Virus record (IMG/VR): IMGVR_UViG_3300048838_000571 | Location: 1 to 25,154 of that record | Length of the DNA stretch: 25,154 nt | From: a virus | Lineage: Duplodnaviria; Caudoviricetes | Direction: 5' to 3' (one strand) | Shown here: positions 1 through 8,801 of the stretch, in pieces | Position numbering within the stretch: the stretch's first letter is position 1 | Layout: every line of letters starts with the position of its first letter | The notes under the pieces: model-generated | Told to the model about the DNA's origin: nothing | Database searches by the model: none | What the model saw: the letters and a program-made list of their open reading frames with translations, nothing else | Translations under genes and position numbers: made by a program

Positions 1-154
1 CGACGACCTCGCGCCAGCCTATTCGCCGGGCGCGCTCGTCGGCGCTGGCATGCCATAGCGGGCCGCCAAACGTCTGTACGAGATCGTCGAGCACGGCCTG
101 CCCGTCGTTCGTCAGTTCGAACGTCGTCATGTACTGCTGCGGGGTCGCTGTCAT
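1..154 (-). CDS. Bbp19-like phage head-module protein, 5' part (runs off the window)
   Basis: Not in the ORF track. ATG at 154 overlaps the upstream stop (ATGA). Reads MTATPQQYMTTFELTNDGQAVLDDLVQTFGGPLWHASADERARRIGWREVV; the F-x-x-x-x-x-G-x-x-VL-x-DL ... G-x-R-x-V pattern resembles the small protein found downstream of portals in BPP-1-like podoviruses. Confidence 0.65.
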   Translation of the reverse strand, partial: MTATPQQYMTTFELTNDGQAVLDDLVQTFGGPLWHASADERARRIGWREVV

Positions 155-1677
155 CGTTCCAGGATCCGAGCAGCGCCGTAACAGCCGATGTGGCCTTTGC
201 TCTGCTTGCCTTCGAGATCGCGCATGTAGCCTAGGTCGGCGCCGTCGGTCAGGAGGGGGGAGCCTGGGAGGGGGCTCCCGCCGGGCGTAATCATCGGATC
301 TTGTCCAACCGTATCGCTCGCATCAACGGCGCCGACCTTGAAGTCAACGCTGTCAAACCAGTTGTGCGAGGTTGTCAGGCTCGTTACGCCTGCAGATACT
401 TGCATCCCCCCGCGTTCTAACGTTCCAGAAGTGTTGCTGCCCGCGACAAGGTTGTTCTTGTAGGTGTAGCCGCTCGGGTTGTCCGTGCCGTCATTCAGCC
501 CAGTCAATATCCCCCACGTTGCCGAGTCTTTGACTGTGTTGTGTGTAACGATGCCGTCAATTGCTCGGCCCGTTGCGCCGTAAGTTGCAATACCGATCCG
601 GCATCTAAGCACCACGTTGCTTGTAATCTCCGTTGCATCCGCGTTATATGTCGCAATGCCCATACCACTGTAAACTTTCGTAGAAAGACCAAAGCAGTCA
701 GCGACGAGGTTGCGCAGCACTTTGCAGTCAACACTCTCCTGGTCGATAAAGATTCCAACGCCGTCAATCCCCGGCGTGTAAATGTCGTGGACGTTGTTAT
801 CGCTCACCACGAGCCGGTCACATTTCGCGGTCCAGATTCCGCCTAGCGTGTCTGCAGCCTCATCGGTGCCTATGCCGCACATGAATACGTGGTTTTGGCC
901 CTTGATGTATGACAGTTGCAGCGACTGCGCCTTGATGCCCCCCTGGCCGCAGTAACTAACCGTGTTGCCCTCTATCACGACTCCTGTGCAGTAAGCGGTC
1001 GGAAAATTCGGCACGTCCGGGTCTTGCCCAAGCACCGAGATTCCAGCGTTCGCGCAAGTCGTTACCGTATTTCTGGCAACCGTCAGGCCGGAAAACACGT
1101 TCAGCGCTGTCTTACTGGGCCAGCCAGCCAAAACAGTGATGCCGTCGCCTATTCGAGCGTCGGTAATTGTGTTGTCGGAAATAGACCAGTCCGACCAAGT
1201 TGTAGGGGTGGCGTGCGTGTGGCGAATATAGACACCAGCCCGGACATTAGAAATAATGTTCCCGTCAATTTGGACGTTGGTTCTTGCGTTTGCTGAGGGA
1301 TAGAAACTGACGCCAGCATCTCCTGAGGCACCATCAAGACCGTCCTTCAGTACGCAATAGCGGACGTAGCTATTCGAGGCATTCAACCTGATTAGCGATG
1401 CCGCGTTTGTGACTTTGACCCCCAGCACGCGGGTAGCGTATCCGGCGGCATCGATACCATACGACCCACCGTTACCGTCAACGTGGAAGGGGTCGCCGTC
1501 GCCGTAGGTCTGAATCTCGCACCCGTTCGCCGTGACTGTGAGCGTGCCGACGTAGCTTGTGCCGGCCGCGAACTTGTACGTATTCGCGCCCAGCGTCGGC
1601 ATAACGTTGGACGGCGTGCTTTCGCTTGTGCCGTCGCCGTTGACGGCTGCGCTCAGATCAATGAAAACGTCGGCCAT
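151..1677 (-). CDS. Right-handed parallel beta-helix (pectate lyase-like) protein; possible tailspike/depolymerase or virion appendage
   Basis: 508 aa with recurring I-x-x-N-x-I/V ... G-I-x-V rungs (IDGNIISN, ISDNTITD, VARNTVTT, IEGNTVSY, VSDNNVHD, ITSNVVLR). N-terminal VFIDLSAAVNGDGTSESTP and C-terminal GSPLLTDG...HIGCY motifs are typical of this fold. Confidence 0.75.
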   Translation of the reverse strand: MADVFIDLSAAVNGDGTSESTPSNVMPTLGANTYKFAAGTSYVGTLTVTANGCEIQTYGDGDPFHVDGNGGSYGIDAAGYATRVLGVKVTNAASLIRLNASNSYVRYCVLKDGLDGASGDAGVSFYPSANARTNVQIDGNIISNVRAGVYIRHTHATPTTWSDWSISDNTITDARIGDGITVLAGWPSKTALNVFSGLTVARNTVTTCANAGISVLGQDPDVPNFPTAYCTGVVIEGNTVSYCGQGGIKAQSLQLSYIKGQNHVFMCGIGTDEAADTLGGIWTAKCDRLVVSDNNVHDIYTPGIDGVGIFIDQESVDCKVLRNLVADCFGLSTKVYSGMGIATYNADATEITSNVVLRCRIGIATYGATGRAIDGIVTHNTVKDSATWGILTGLNDGTDNPSGYTYKNNLVAGSNTSGTLERGGMQVSAGVTSLTTSHNWFDSVDFKVGAVDASDTVGQDPMITPGGSPLPGSPLLTDGADLGYMRDLEGKQSKGHIGCYGAARILER

Positions 1678-1691
1678 CTCTCACCCATCCG

Positions 1692-2156
1692 TCACGGCTC
1701 CACCATCACGTCGATAGTGCAAGTCCCCGCGATGACCACATGACAACCCGTCGAATTCAACCGCCGGCCGCCTGTGCCCACCCCCGGCGTAGCGTGGTCG
1801 CCATCCCAGTAGTAGGTGCCGGTCGAGATATTGGCGACCGTCATGATCGGCGTACCCGTTGCGCTCGTGGCATCGTAGATCGTCACGTCGGCCGTGCCGC
1901 CTGTCTCGGCACGCACCACGAACCCACGGAACTCGCAGGCGCCGGTGAATGCCGTCCCGGTCGCCGTCAGTGGGACAACGGCTACCGCTTCGGATAGGGC
2001 AGCAACAGCCCCGTCCGGCGCCAGCAGCGCGGTCCCCCCGGAGTCCCAGTTGGCGGTCATCACCTCCCGCCCCCGAGCGTCGATGAACCCAACATGCTCA
2101 CCGGTGTCAGCATCGTAAAGGTCCGCGGATTCGCCCCTTATCAAAACGCGTGTCAT
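1692..2156 (-). CDS. Hypothetical virion structural protein (beta-rich C-terminal domain)
   Basis: 154 aa, tightly packed after the portal stop; G/T/V-rich C-terminus (FRGFVV...VTIYDATSATGT...TGCHVVIAG). Confidence 0.6.
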   Translation of the reverse strand: MTRVLIRGESADLYDADTGEHVGFIDARGREVMTANWDSGGTALLAPDGAVAALSEAVAVVPLTATGTAFTGACEFRGFVVRAETGGTADVTIYDATSATGTPIMTVANISTGTYYWDGDHATPGVGTGGRRLNSTGCHVVIAGTCTIDVMVEP

Positions 2157-2157
2157 C

Positions 2158-3831
2158 TCACACCTCCGTCGCGCTCGGGCTGCTGTAGCCTTGGAACATG
2201 TTCAGCACATCCGCCATGTTGCGGGTGTCGATCTCGCTGGCGGCTTTGGTCGCCTGGGCAGCGGCAGGGAGGGCCGCGGCGGCCTGCTGGGCCTGCTGGG
2301 CCTGCTGGCGGGCAGCCCTGATCTCCGCGACCTTGTCGTCCGGCACGATGATCCTCGGGTTCACCCCGAACATCTCGGCGTACTCGTCGACTACCTGGTC
2401 GAGATCGATCTTGTCGACCACATCCGGCCGCAGCTGGGCGAGGGACCCAACCGTTCCAAGCAAACGGTCAGACCCCGCGGCCGCAACAGCCCTCTGCGCC
2501 TGCGCGAGCACGCTCACGAACTCGATGTCGAGGTCGACCCCTTCCAGCTCCGGGGGCGGAGGTGGCAGTGCCCCGACCGACTCCAGCCTCGTGAACGTCA
2601 GCTCGACCAGTGGTTCCAGCAACTCGAAGTGAAGCCGCTCCAGCACCGGCCCCAGCATCAGCATCTTCTCTTCGTGTCGTTCCGCGATTTCGGTAGCGGT
2701 GATCCCACTGCGGCGATCGTCCACCAGCATCTGGAACAGGTCTTCGTAGAAGCTGCTGCGGATCCGCTGGCGGACATCCTCGATGTCCTCCTTCAGGTCC
2801 CGCAACGGGAGGTTCACTTCCCATGCGGATCGGATCCCGGCCGTTGTGGCCGTCGAGGGCACGTACATCGTGCCACCCGGCAACCGGGACGACTGCTTCT
2901 CCTGGTACCCGACCGGGACCTGCAGCGGTGGGTTCACCTGGTAGTCGATCGCCTGCGACTTGCGGGTCTGCTCGAACTGCAACTGCTTCACGTCGCCGAT
3001 GCACTCCATCGCTGGCGAGTGCCCGTACACGTCGTTCCCCTCGACCTCCCACCGGGGTGCGAGCACCGGGAACCGCTCGAACCCGGACTCGGACAAGAGG
3101 GTGTCCCCCTCCCCGTTGGGCTCGAAGTAGCAGCTCGCAAACGGCATGTTGATCGAGTCCCGTTTCCGGGGGTCGCGCTCTTCCCGGGGCTCGATGAAGT
3201 GGATCACGTCGACCCACTCGTCGAACCGGTTGCGGTCGAGCAAGTTGCGCACTGCAGTGCTCAAGCGGTCGCGGGGGAACCGCTTCGCGAGTTGGCCTGT
3301 CGTCATCCGCAACTGCCGCACTACAGCGGAAACCCGCCCAATGTCGTCGGTTGCGAGCGCGTACTCGCCCCAAAGCATCGGGTGGTTGTGGATCACGTTG
3401 TCGAAGTTCGGGGCGACGAAGAAGGCGGCAGTGCCAAAGGCGCCGAGGCCGCCGTAGATTTGGTGCAGCGTGTTGTAGGTGTTCGACTTCGCGAATACGC
3501 GCTGGATCAGCGAAGTCGTGTCGTGCAGCCACTGCTTGACCGGCTTGTACTCGGTCAGATCCTTGTCCGGCAGGGTCGTTCTGAACCAAGGGCGGGCCGG
3601 ACTGGTCATCCCCGACATCATCCCGGCCGCGAGCGTGCGGTTCGCCCGCCTGGCAGCGTTGTCGAGAATCGACAAGTCCTTCCGTGTGCCCTGGTTCGTC
3701 TCCGTGGTCTGGAGTCTGATACCGTCCGGACGGACATACTTGGCGATGTCGGCGCAGCGGGTATCCCAGCTGGACCGTTCAGCCCACAGCCGGGTTTTTC
3801 GCTCCATCATCCGGGTGCGAGGAGCAGCCAC
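2158..3831 (-). CDS. Portal protein (podovirus head-to-tail connector)
   Basis: 557 aa; LAAGMMSGMTSPARPWF, RW...YGHSPAM, TATEIAERHEEKMLMLGPVLERL and EFVSVLAQAQR match the T7 gp8/BPP-1-type connector family. Confidence 0.95.
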   Translation of the reverse strand: MAAPRTRMMERKTRLWAERSSWDTRCADIAKYVRPDGIRLQTTETNQGTRKDLSILDNAARRANRTLAAGMMSGMTSPARPWFRTTLPDKDLTEYKPVKQWLHDTTSLIQRVFAKSNTYNTLHQIYGGLGAFGTAAFFVAPNFDNVIHNHPMLWGEYALATDDIGRVSAVVRQLRMTTGQLAKRFPRDRLSTAVRNLLDRNRFDEWVDVIHFIEPREERDPRKRDSINMPFASCYFEPNGEGDTLLSESGFERFPVLAPRWEVEGNDVYGHSPAMECIGDVKQLQFEQTRKSQAIDYQVNPPLQVPVGYQEKQSSRLPGGTMYVPSTATTAGIRSAWEVNLPLRDLKEDIEDVRQRIRSSFYEDLFQMLVDDRRSGITATEIAERHEEKMLMLGPVLERLHFELLEPLVELTFTRLESVGALPPPPPELEGVDLDIEFVSVLAQAQRAVAAAGSDRLLGTVGSLAQLRPDVVDKIDLDQVVDEYAEMFGVNPRIIVPDDKVAEIRAARQQAQQAQQAAAALPAAAQATKAASEIDTRNMADVLNMFQGYSSPSATEV

Positions 3832-3832
3832 G

Positions 3833-4033
3833 TCAGCCCCCGAGGATAGTGTTGCCGCCAGTGGTCAGCGCGCTGTTCGCGATGCCGGAAGGGGAGGTCA
3901 GGATCGAGCCCCCGCCCATCAACCCTCCCGCCTGCCGTCGTGCACGACGTTCTGCGAGGGTGTCAGGCTCTTTCGCATCCTGCGGGGGCGGCGCCGGTTT
4001 CGGAATCTTCGGGGTCGAGATGCACACGGTCAT
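3833..4033 (-). CDS. Small pre-portal virion protein (66 aa)
   Basis: 3' part of track ORF 3833..4420. ATG at 4033 follows GGGAG and overlaps the upstream stop (ATGA). MTVCISTPKIPKPAPPP...SILTSPSG...TILGG resembles the small proteins ending in T-L-L-G that precede podovirus portals. Confidence 0.75.
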   Translation of the reverse strand: MTVCISTPKIPKPAPPPQDAKEPDTLAERRARRQAGGLMGGGSILTSPSGIANSALTTGGNTILGG

Positions 4034-4263
4034 GCTCCCTGGTTCGAGTAGTCGGGGAGATCGGTCGCCCCACCCTTGCGCTTCGAGGTGCCGGTCAGGA
4101 TCGGTGTCTGGCCCCCGGCCGAGGGCGGCCTCCGCGGTCGGCCCGTCAGTACCCCGGCAGCGACAGACGCGGGCGCGCCAGAAGCGGAAGGAAGCGATGC
4201 CCCGATGCTGGTTGACGAGGCGCCCGCCAGCGTGCGAGAGGTGTTGCCGGAGAACGAGCACAT
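4030..4263 (-). CDS. Small hypothetical protein (77 aa)
   Basis: Fills the terL-portal gap, has an MC start, is ATGA-coupled to the next gene and is preceded by a promoter-like motif. Confidence 0.6.
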   Translation of the reverse strand: MCSFSGNTSRTLAGASSTSIGASLPSASGAPASVAAGVLTGRPRRPPSAGGQTPILTGTSKRKGGATDLPDYSNQGA

Positions 4264-4302
4264 ACGCGGATTCTGCCTTCTCGTTACCGGTGGGTGGGCA
4301 CG
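4261..4302 (-). promoter_or_regulatory. Putative late promoter, copy 2
   Basis: Minus strand CGTGCCCACC...GGCAGAATCC-GCGT-ATG; same motif and spacing as upstream of terS. Confidence 0.55.
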
Positions 4303-5961
4303 TCAGAACCCCTTCAGGACATCGTAGCCGGCCGGGTGCGTCCGTGTCCGTGCCTGCTCCATCCCGTGGATCGGGTCGTACCCGATCACGTTGGCGCGTG
4401 AGTTGGCGGCATTGAGCCACTTCCGCTTTGGCACTTCCATTGCCGCCAGCAAAACGGCGCTGGCACGGTCGGGAGACCGCCCAATACGATCCACGATTTC
4501 CTCCCGGCTCTCGACCTTGATCTTCCGACCCTCGATCTTCCAGCGGGGGGCGGTAAGTTCCGCCAACAGGTCCGTATCTGGGGGCAGCTCGACCCCTGTG
4601 TCGGCGTCCGGGTCGAGCAGTTCACGCATCCGCCACCACAGCTCGCTCCTGACGTTCGAGAACCCCAACCCCCCGGCCTTGATGGTCCCGTTAGTGGCTT
4701 CGGCGACGTTGACCCCGAGCACCTGCACGTTCGCCTGCATCAAGAAGTCATACGGGCTCGCGCCGACCCCGATCACGTCAATGTTCACAGGGGCGTCATC
4801 CCTCCGGTGAGCAAGCACGTGGGCCATCACTTTCGGGCCCGTGTTGGTGTCGATCCCGTGCAGGGGCTTGAGGTGATCGAACCACCAGTCGTGGTCTCGT
4901 GTCCGGTGCCGGTTGGAGACCTGGGTCGAGTCCTTCCCCCCGCGGGCTACATCAACCCCTTGCTGGAGCATTTCACCCTTCGGCGATCGGTCCTTCCACC
5001 GTGCTTGGGCTTGCTCGACCCAGCGGGTCGGTATCACCTGCCAGGGGTCGTCCTCGACCCCGGCCATGAAGTCCCCCTTCAGCATTTGGCTGCGGAGGGG
5101 CTCAGGAAGTGCCTGTAGCGTCGAGATATACCCACTCGCCACGTAGTAGGGATTGTCGGTCACCTTCGACGGAATGAAGGTCCTGGATTTCGGCACGATG
5201 ATGTCTTCGGGCTTGTGTTCAAGGGGGTCGAACTCGTAGGTCGGTTTGTCGTTGACCAGCACGAACGGGTCGCCACGATCAAGCCACATGTCCGTCGTGC
5301 CGCCCTTTCCGTCCGGCAGCATCGCGGCATACCGGATCACCCCCGCCGGAGTTGGGAACAGTGGATGCTTTCTGTCGATCCAGGGGCCAAAAAACGAGAT
5401 CACCCACCGACCCTCGTTCGTGGTCGGGGGGTTGAACGTCATCAGCACCCTCGGGCGGACAGATGGGTCCGGGCTCCGGTTCCACCCCATCACGAACCGG
5501 ACCTGATGTTCCCTTTGCTCGGTCACCTCATCGAATACCTTCAGGTCGTGGGGGCGGCCCTGCCACCGGCGCTCGTCGCCGGGGTTGTCCAACCCGGCCA
5601 GCTCCAGTAACTGGTCAGGCCCTAGCTTCCACGCGCCTTTTTGACTGTTGTAGCCGGCCGTGTTGCCGAGTACTTCCGTCATCCGTTGGACAATCCCTTC
5701 GGTCTGGGCTTTCTCCCGCCTGACGACTAGGCTTCGGCGGTGCCTCGTGAGCACAAGGCCAACCGCAAGGTCGGTCTTCCCCCCGCCGGCCGCTCCCCCG
5801 AACCCGATGATGTCGGCCTCGGCCTCGTAGGCCTGTTGCTGGGGGCCCGGCAGCGGGCGCCACCGAACCTCGGCCAGGTCTTTCGCGACAAGGCCATCAA
5901 GCTCTTCCAGTTCCTCTTCGGTGAGGTAGGCCGAGAGCGATTTGATCTCGTCGGCGTTCAC
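4303..5961 (-). CDS. terL: Terminase large subunit
   Basis: 552 aa; PLPGPQ adenine-binding motif, Walker A GGAAGGGKT, Walker B VFDE, motif III TFNP, nuclease GVDVARGGKD and C-terminal RSPDRASA. Confidence 0.95.
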   Translation of the reverse strand: MNADEIKSLSAYLTEEELEELDGLVAKDLAEVRWRPLPGPQQQAYEAEADIIGFGGAAGGGKTDLAVGLVLTRHRRSLVVRREKAQTEGIVQRMTEVLGNTAGYNSQKGAWKLGPDQLLELAGLDNPGDERRWQGRPHDLKVFDEVTEQREHQVRFVMGWNRSPDPSVRPRVLMTFNPPTTNEGRWVISFFGPWIDRKHPLFPTPAGVIRYAAMLPDGKGGTTDMWLDRGDPFVLVNDKPTYEFDPLEHKPEDIIVPKSRTFIPSKVTDNPYYVASGYISTLQALPEPLRSQMLKGDFMAGVEDDPWQVIPTRWVEQAQARWKDRSPKGEMLQQGVDVARGGKDSTQVSNRHRTRDHDWWFDHLKPLHGIDTNTGPKVMAHVLAHRRDDAPVNIDVIGVGASPYDFLMQANVQVLGVNVAEATNGTIKAGGLGFSNVRSELWWRMRELLDPDADTGVELPPDTDLLAELTAPRWKIEGRKIKVESREEIVDRIGRSPDRASAVLLAAMEVPKRKWLNAANSRANVIGYDPIHGMEQARTRTHPAGYDVLKGF

Positions 5962-7403
5962 GCGGTCCGCACCCAGAAGTAGACCGCCTTGTATGGCTGC
6001 AAGACCGAGATCTCTGTCGCATTCGCATCTTGCAGCGGGAACGTGGCGGCGACCCCGGCGGCCGCCAGGATCGAGGCGACCGCTGCGGCCGACCCCCCGA
6101 CGACGGAGGAGGCAGCGACACCCGCGGCTGGGACGATAGCGGACCCGACCGAGCCCCCGACCAGGATCAGGCCAGAGGCCGCCCCGGCGGCCGCCAGGAT
6201 CGCCGCTGCTGCGGTCGCCGACCCGGTGAGAGTAGACGCAGCGGCCAGGCCCGCCGCAGCTGTGATGCTCGCGCCGGAGGTCGCCGACCCGGTGAGGGTA
6301 GACGCCGCGGCCAGGCCCGCCGCGGCCGTGATACTCGATTCGGAGGTCGCCGACCCGGTGAGGGTAGACGCCGTGGCGGCGCCTGCGGCCGGCGCTATCG
6401 CGGCCTCTGACCCGCCAGCGGCCGACCCGGTGAGAGTAGACGCAGCGGCCAGGCCCGCCGCGGCTGTGACGCTCGATTCAGCGGTAGCCGACCCGGTGAG
6501 AGTAGACGCCGCGGCCAGGCCCGCCGCGGCTGTGACGCTCGCGCCGGAGGTCGCCGACCCGGTGAGAGTAGACGCAGCGGCCTGACCCGGCGCGGCCGTG
6601 ATACTCGATTCAGCGGTAGCCGACCCGGTGAGGGTAGACGCAGCGGCCAGGCCCGCCGCGGCCGTGATACTCGATCCGGAGGCCGCTGCTGCCTGCGGAA
6701 CGTAGATCCGACGATCCTCGAACAGCCTCAGCGGTGCGGCAGACAGCTCTGCCGCGGCAGCGTGGCCGATGTCGGTGCCCATCCACCCGACGAAGATCCC
6801 GAACGGAATCCCGATTGCGCCGGAACCGCTGGTGTAGTACCGCGCGCCGGTAGATGCAGCCCAGGACGTGTTGAGGGTCTCGTCCAGAATCTGCGCGCCG
6901 TTCGTGAAGACCTTTTGTCCACCATCCCACAGCCGGAACGTGAGCCCGAACTCCTGCCCAACCTCGACTGGAACCGCAACCACTCGGCTGTTCATTGTGT
7001 TGGCGATGAACCGCATCGTGAAGTCACTTTCACCATTAACCAGCAACGCCGGAATATAGGACGCCGTCAGCCACCGGAGCTGGGAATAGTGACCCGCGCC
7101 ACACAGCGCAAGCCGCCGCGCGAGGATCAGCCCGGATGAGCGTTTGGTGTCTGTGTCGGTCGAGCTGTAATTTGCCAGATCGGTTGACTGCGCCACCAAT
7201 CGGTATTGCAGTAGCCCCGGCCCGAAGTTCTGCCGCGGGGCGGTCCAATAGTCGCTCTTGATCTGCGTGCCGGCGACAAGATCGAAACAGCCGCCGTCGA
7301 TCGTCGTGACGAGGCAGTAAGTCGGTCGCGGAAACCGGGTCGAGAGTTTGAGCGCCCACGGGTTGTCCGGGATGCTCACCCACGGCCGACGCAAGACAAT
7401 CAT
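5958..7403 (-). CDS. Virion fibre/appendage-like protein: beta-rich N-terminal domain plus Ala/Ser/Thr-rich 22-aa repeat stalk
   Basis: 481 aa; aromatic, beta-rich N-half (possibly LamG/ConA-like, inference) followed by about 10 SITAAAGLAAASTLTGSATAES units; GTGA overlap with terL. Confidence 0.65.
   Translation of the reverse strand: MIVLRRPWVSIPDNPWALKLSTRFPRPTYCLVTTIDGGCFDLVAGTQIKSDYWTAPRQNFGPGLLQYRLVAQSTDLANYSSTDTDTKRSSGLILARRLALCGAGHYSQLRWLTASYIPALLVNGESDFTMRFIANTMNSRVVAVPVEVGQEFGLTFRLWDGGQKVFTNGAQILDETLNTSWAASTGARYYTSGSGAIGIPFGIFVGWMGTDIGHAAAAELSAAPLRLFEDRRIYVPQAAAASGSSITAAAGLAAASTLTGSATAESSITAAPGQAAASTLTGSATSGASVTAAAGLAAASTLTGSATAESSVTAAAGLAAASTLTGSAAGGSEAAIAPAAGAATASTLTGSATSESSITAAAGLAAASTLTGSATSGASITAAAGLAAASTLTGSATAAAAILAAAGAASGLILVGGSVGSAIVPAAGVAASSVVGGSAAAVASILAAAGVAATFPLQDANATEISVLQPYKAVYFWVRTA
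6030..6675. repeat. Coding tandem repeat, 66-bp unit (7 well-conserved plus about 3 degenerate copies)
   Basis: GACCCGGTGAG recurs at 6220, 6286, 6352, 6424, 6490, 6556 and 6622 (period 66, once 72). Confidence 0.95.
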
Positions 7404-7410
7404 GTCGGGA

Positions 7411-7872
7411 TCAGGCCGCTACAGAGTGCGGACGCAGGGACGCAGAATTGCCGCTGGCCGCGAGAGCCACGCCTCCGCGATTTCGGAAGCCCAGCTTGTA
7501 CTTGCCGTTCGGGAGGTCGACGCTGCGCAGCACCATCCGCTGCGCCTCGGTGGCCCCTGACGTGATCACCATGCCGACAAAGTAATTCAGATTCTCCTGC
7601 TCCGCCGTGGTGCCGTTGCCGGTCCAGTTCGGGTAGTTGGTACCGTCAGTTGACGGCACCAGATATACCTCGATCGCGGAGTCGGTCCCGGTGAACGCTG
7701 CCGACGCGAGCACGACCTCGATGTCGGCCATGAGGTACTTGTTCGTGCTGTTGTCGATCTCGTCAGACAGGTCGGTGTATTCGTCGTCGACCGCGGAATC
7801 CAGCGCCTGCCCGGATGTCCAGGCGATCGAAATCGCGGACGCGAGATAGCCACTTCGGGTCAGGTCTGCCAT
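7411..7872 (-). CDS. Hypothetical structural protein (beta-sandwich-like)
   Basis: 153 aa; RBS GAGGTG; SDEIDNSTNKYLMADIEV...IEVYLVPSTDGTNYP...LPNGKYKLGFRN alternating pattern. Confidence 0.7.
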   Translation of the reverse strand: MADLTRSGYLASAISIAWTSGQALDSAVDDEYTDLSDEIDNSTNKYLMADIEVVLASAAFTGTDSAIEVYLVPSTDGTNYPNWTGNGTTAEQENLNYFVGMVITSGATEAQRMVLRSVDLPNGKYKLGFRNRGGVALAASGNSASLRPHSVAA

Positions 7873-7880
7873 GGGTCACC

Positions 7881-8354
7881 TCAGAGCGCGAGCGCGGCGC
7901 TGATGTCCTCGGAAACCAGCTCACCCTCGAAGTCACGATCCAGCGCCGTCACGGTGTTGGTCGTCTTGCTGTTGCCGCCGAACAGCGCCTGGGCGCGGGT
8001 TGCCATTTCCGTCAGGCTTTCGAGCACCGGGATGCTGTCGGTGTTGCCCCAGATGTCCTGTGCCGCCTTGCGCATGGCATTGCGCCCGAAGTCGATCGGC
8101 GCGTTGTCCATCATCAGCCGCCATGCATCGCGCTTGCCGGCGGTCAGGCCGTCGAACTTGGCGACGTTGGTGGCCTCGAACAGCACGGTACGCTCCGCGG
8201 CATTCCTCCACGCCGCGATGGCGCTTGGTTGGTTGTACCAGCCGGCCATCAGCGTCGTTTGGCCGTTGGTGCGGTAGGCCACGAACTCAGGGTCCGTCTC
8301 CGCCGCGATGGCTGCGGCGAGGGCCGTCAGTTGGGCGTTCGTCAGCTGGCTCAT
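7881..8354 (-). CDS. Hypothetical structural protein
   Basis: 157 aa; RBS GAGGA; packed in the operon with consistent phage codon usage. Confidence 0.75.
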   Translation of the reverse strand: MSQLTNAQLTALAAAIAAETDPEFVAYRTNGQTTLMAGWYNQPSAIAAWRNAAERTVLFEATNVAKFDGLTAGKRDAWRLMMDNAPIDFGRNAMRKAAQDIWGNTDSIPVLESLTEMATRAQALFGGNSKTTNTVTALDRDFEGELVSEDISAALAL

Positions 8355-8355
8355 G

Positions 8356-8793
8356 TCAGTCCTCGGTTGCGAGCGGGCCGGCGGTCAGCGTAGGGGTCAC
8401 CCCGCTGCCGCACACGATACCCGGCGAGATCGAGCCCTTGTAGAGCAAAAGGCCAGCCCCCGAGGCGCTTGAGCCAATCCCCCAGTGGGTTGCCGTGCCG
8501 CTGCCCCCGGTCCCTGCCGGGAATACCACGTTCGCCGCCAGCGATATCTGGTTACCCGATACCGCGAAGCCGGCCCCGCTCCTTGCGACAGCGACCCGGG
8601 CGTAGCTGGTATACCCGATCTCGTTGGTCGTCTGGCTGCCGGCCTCGCCCGGGTCGGCCGTGTGGAGCGACATGTAGAGGCTGCCGGCGGTGGCGCTGGC
8701 CGGTAGGCCGGTGGCGTCCCCAATGTTGGCGATCGCATTGTTGAGAAAAATGTGGTTCAGCAGTGCGGTCTCGAACGAATTGGACTTACTCAT
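8356..8793 (-). CDS. Phage minor tail/tail-fibre-associated protein
   Basis: 145 aa; SN-FETALLNHIF, LYMSLHTADPGEAG, E-x-x-Y-x-x-YARVAV, VVFP and THWGI follow a widespread minor tail protein pattern. Confidence 0.8.
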   Translation of the reverse strand: MSKSNSFETALLNHIFLNNAIANIGDATGLPASATAGSLYMSLHTADPGEAGSQTTNEIGYTSYARVAVARSGAGFAVSGNQISLAANVVFPAGTGGSGTATHWGIGSSASGAGLLLYKGSISPGIVCGSGVTPTLTAGPLATED

Positions 8794-8801
8794 GGGTCAC
8801 C

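Noticed and set aside
1774-1806. Third GTGCCCACC match to the late-promoter motif
   Set aside because: Opposite strand, inside a gene, and no -10-like hexamer at the 20-nt spacing.
2191-3849. 552-aa plus-strand ORF, and other long antisense ORFs over the primase, DUF2800 and polA genes
   Set aside because: Shadow frames of well-supported genes in high-GC DNA; no RBS or family motifs.
6030-6675. 66-bp periodic repeat as a CRISPR array
   Set aside because: No unique spacers; units are in-frame coding repeats and there is no cas operon.
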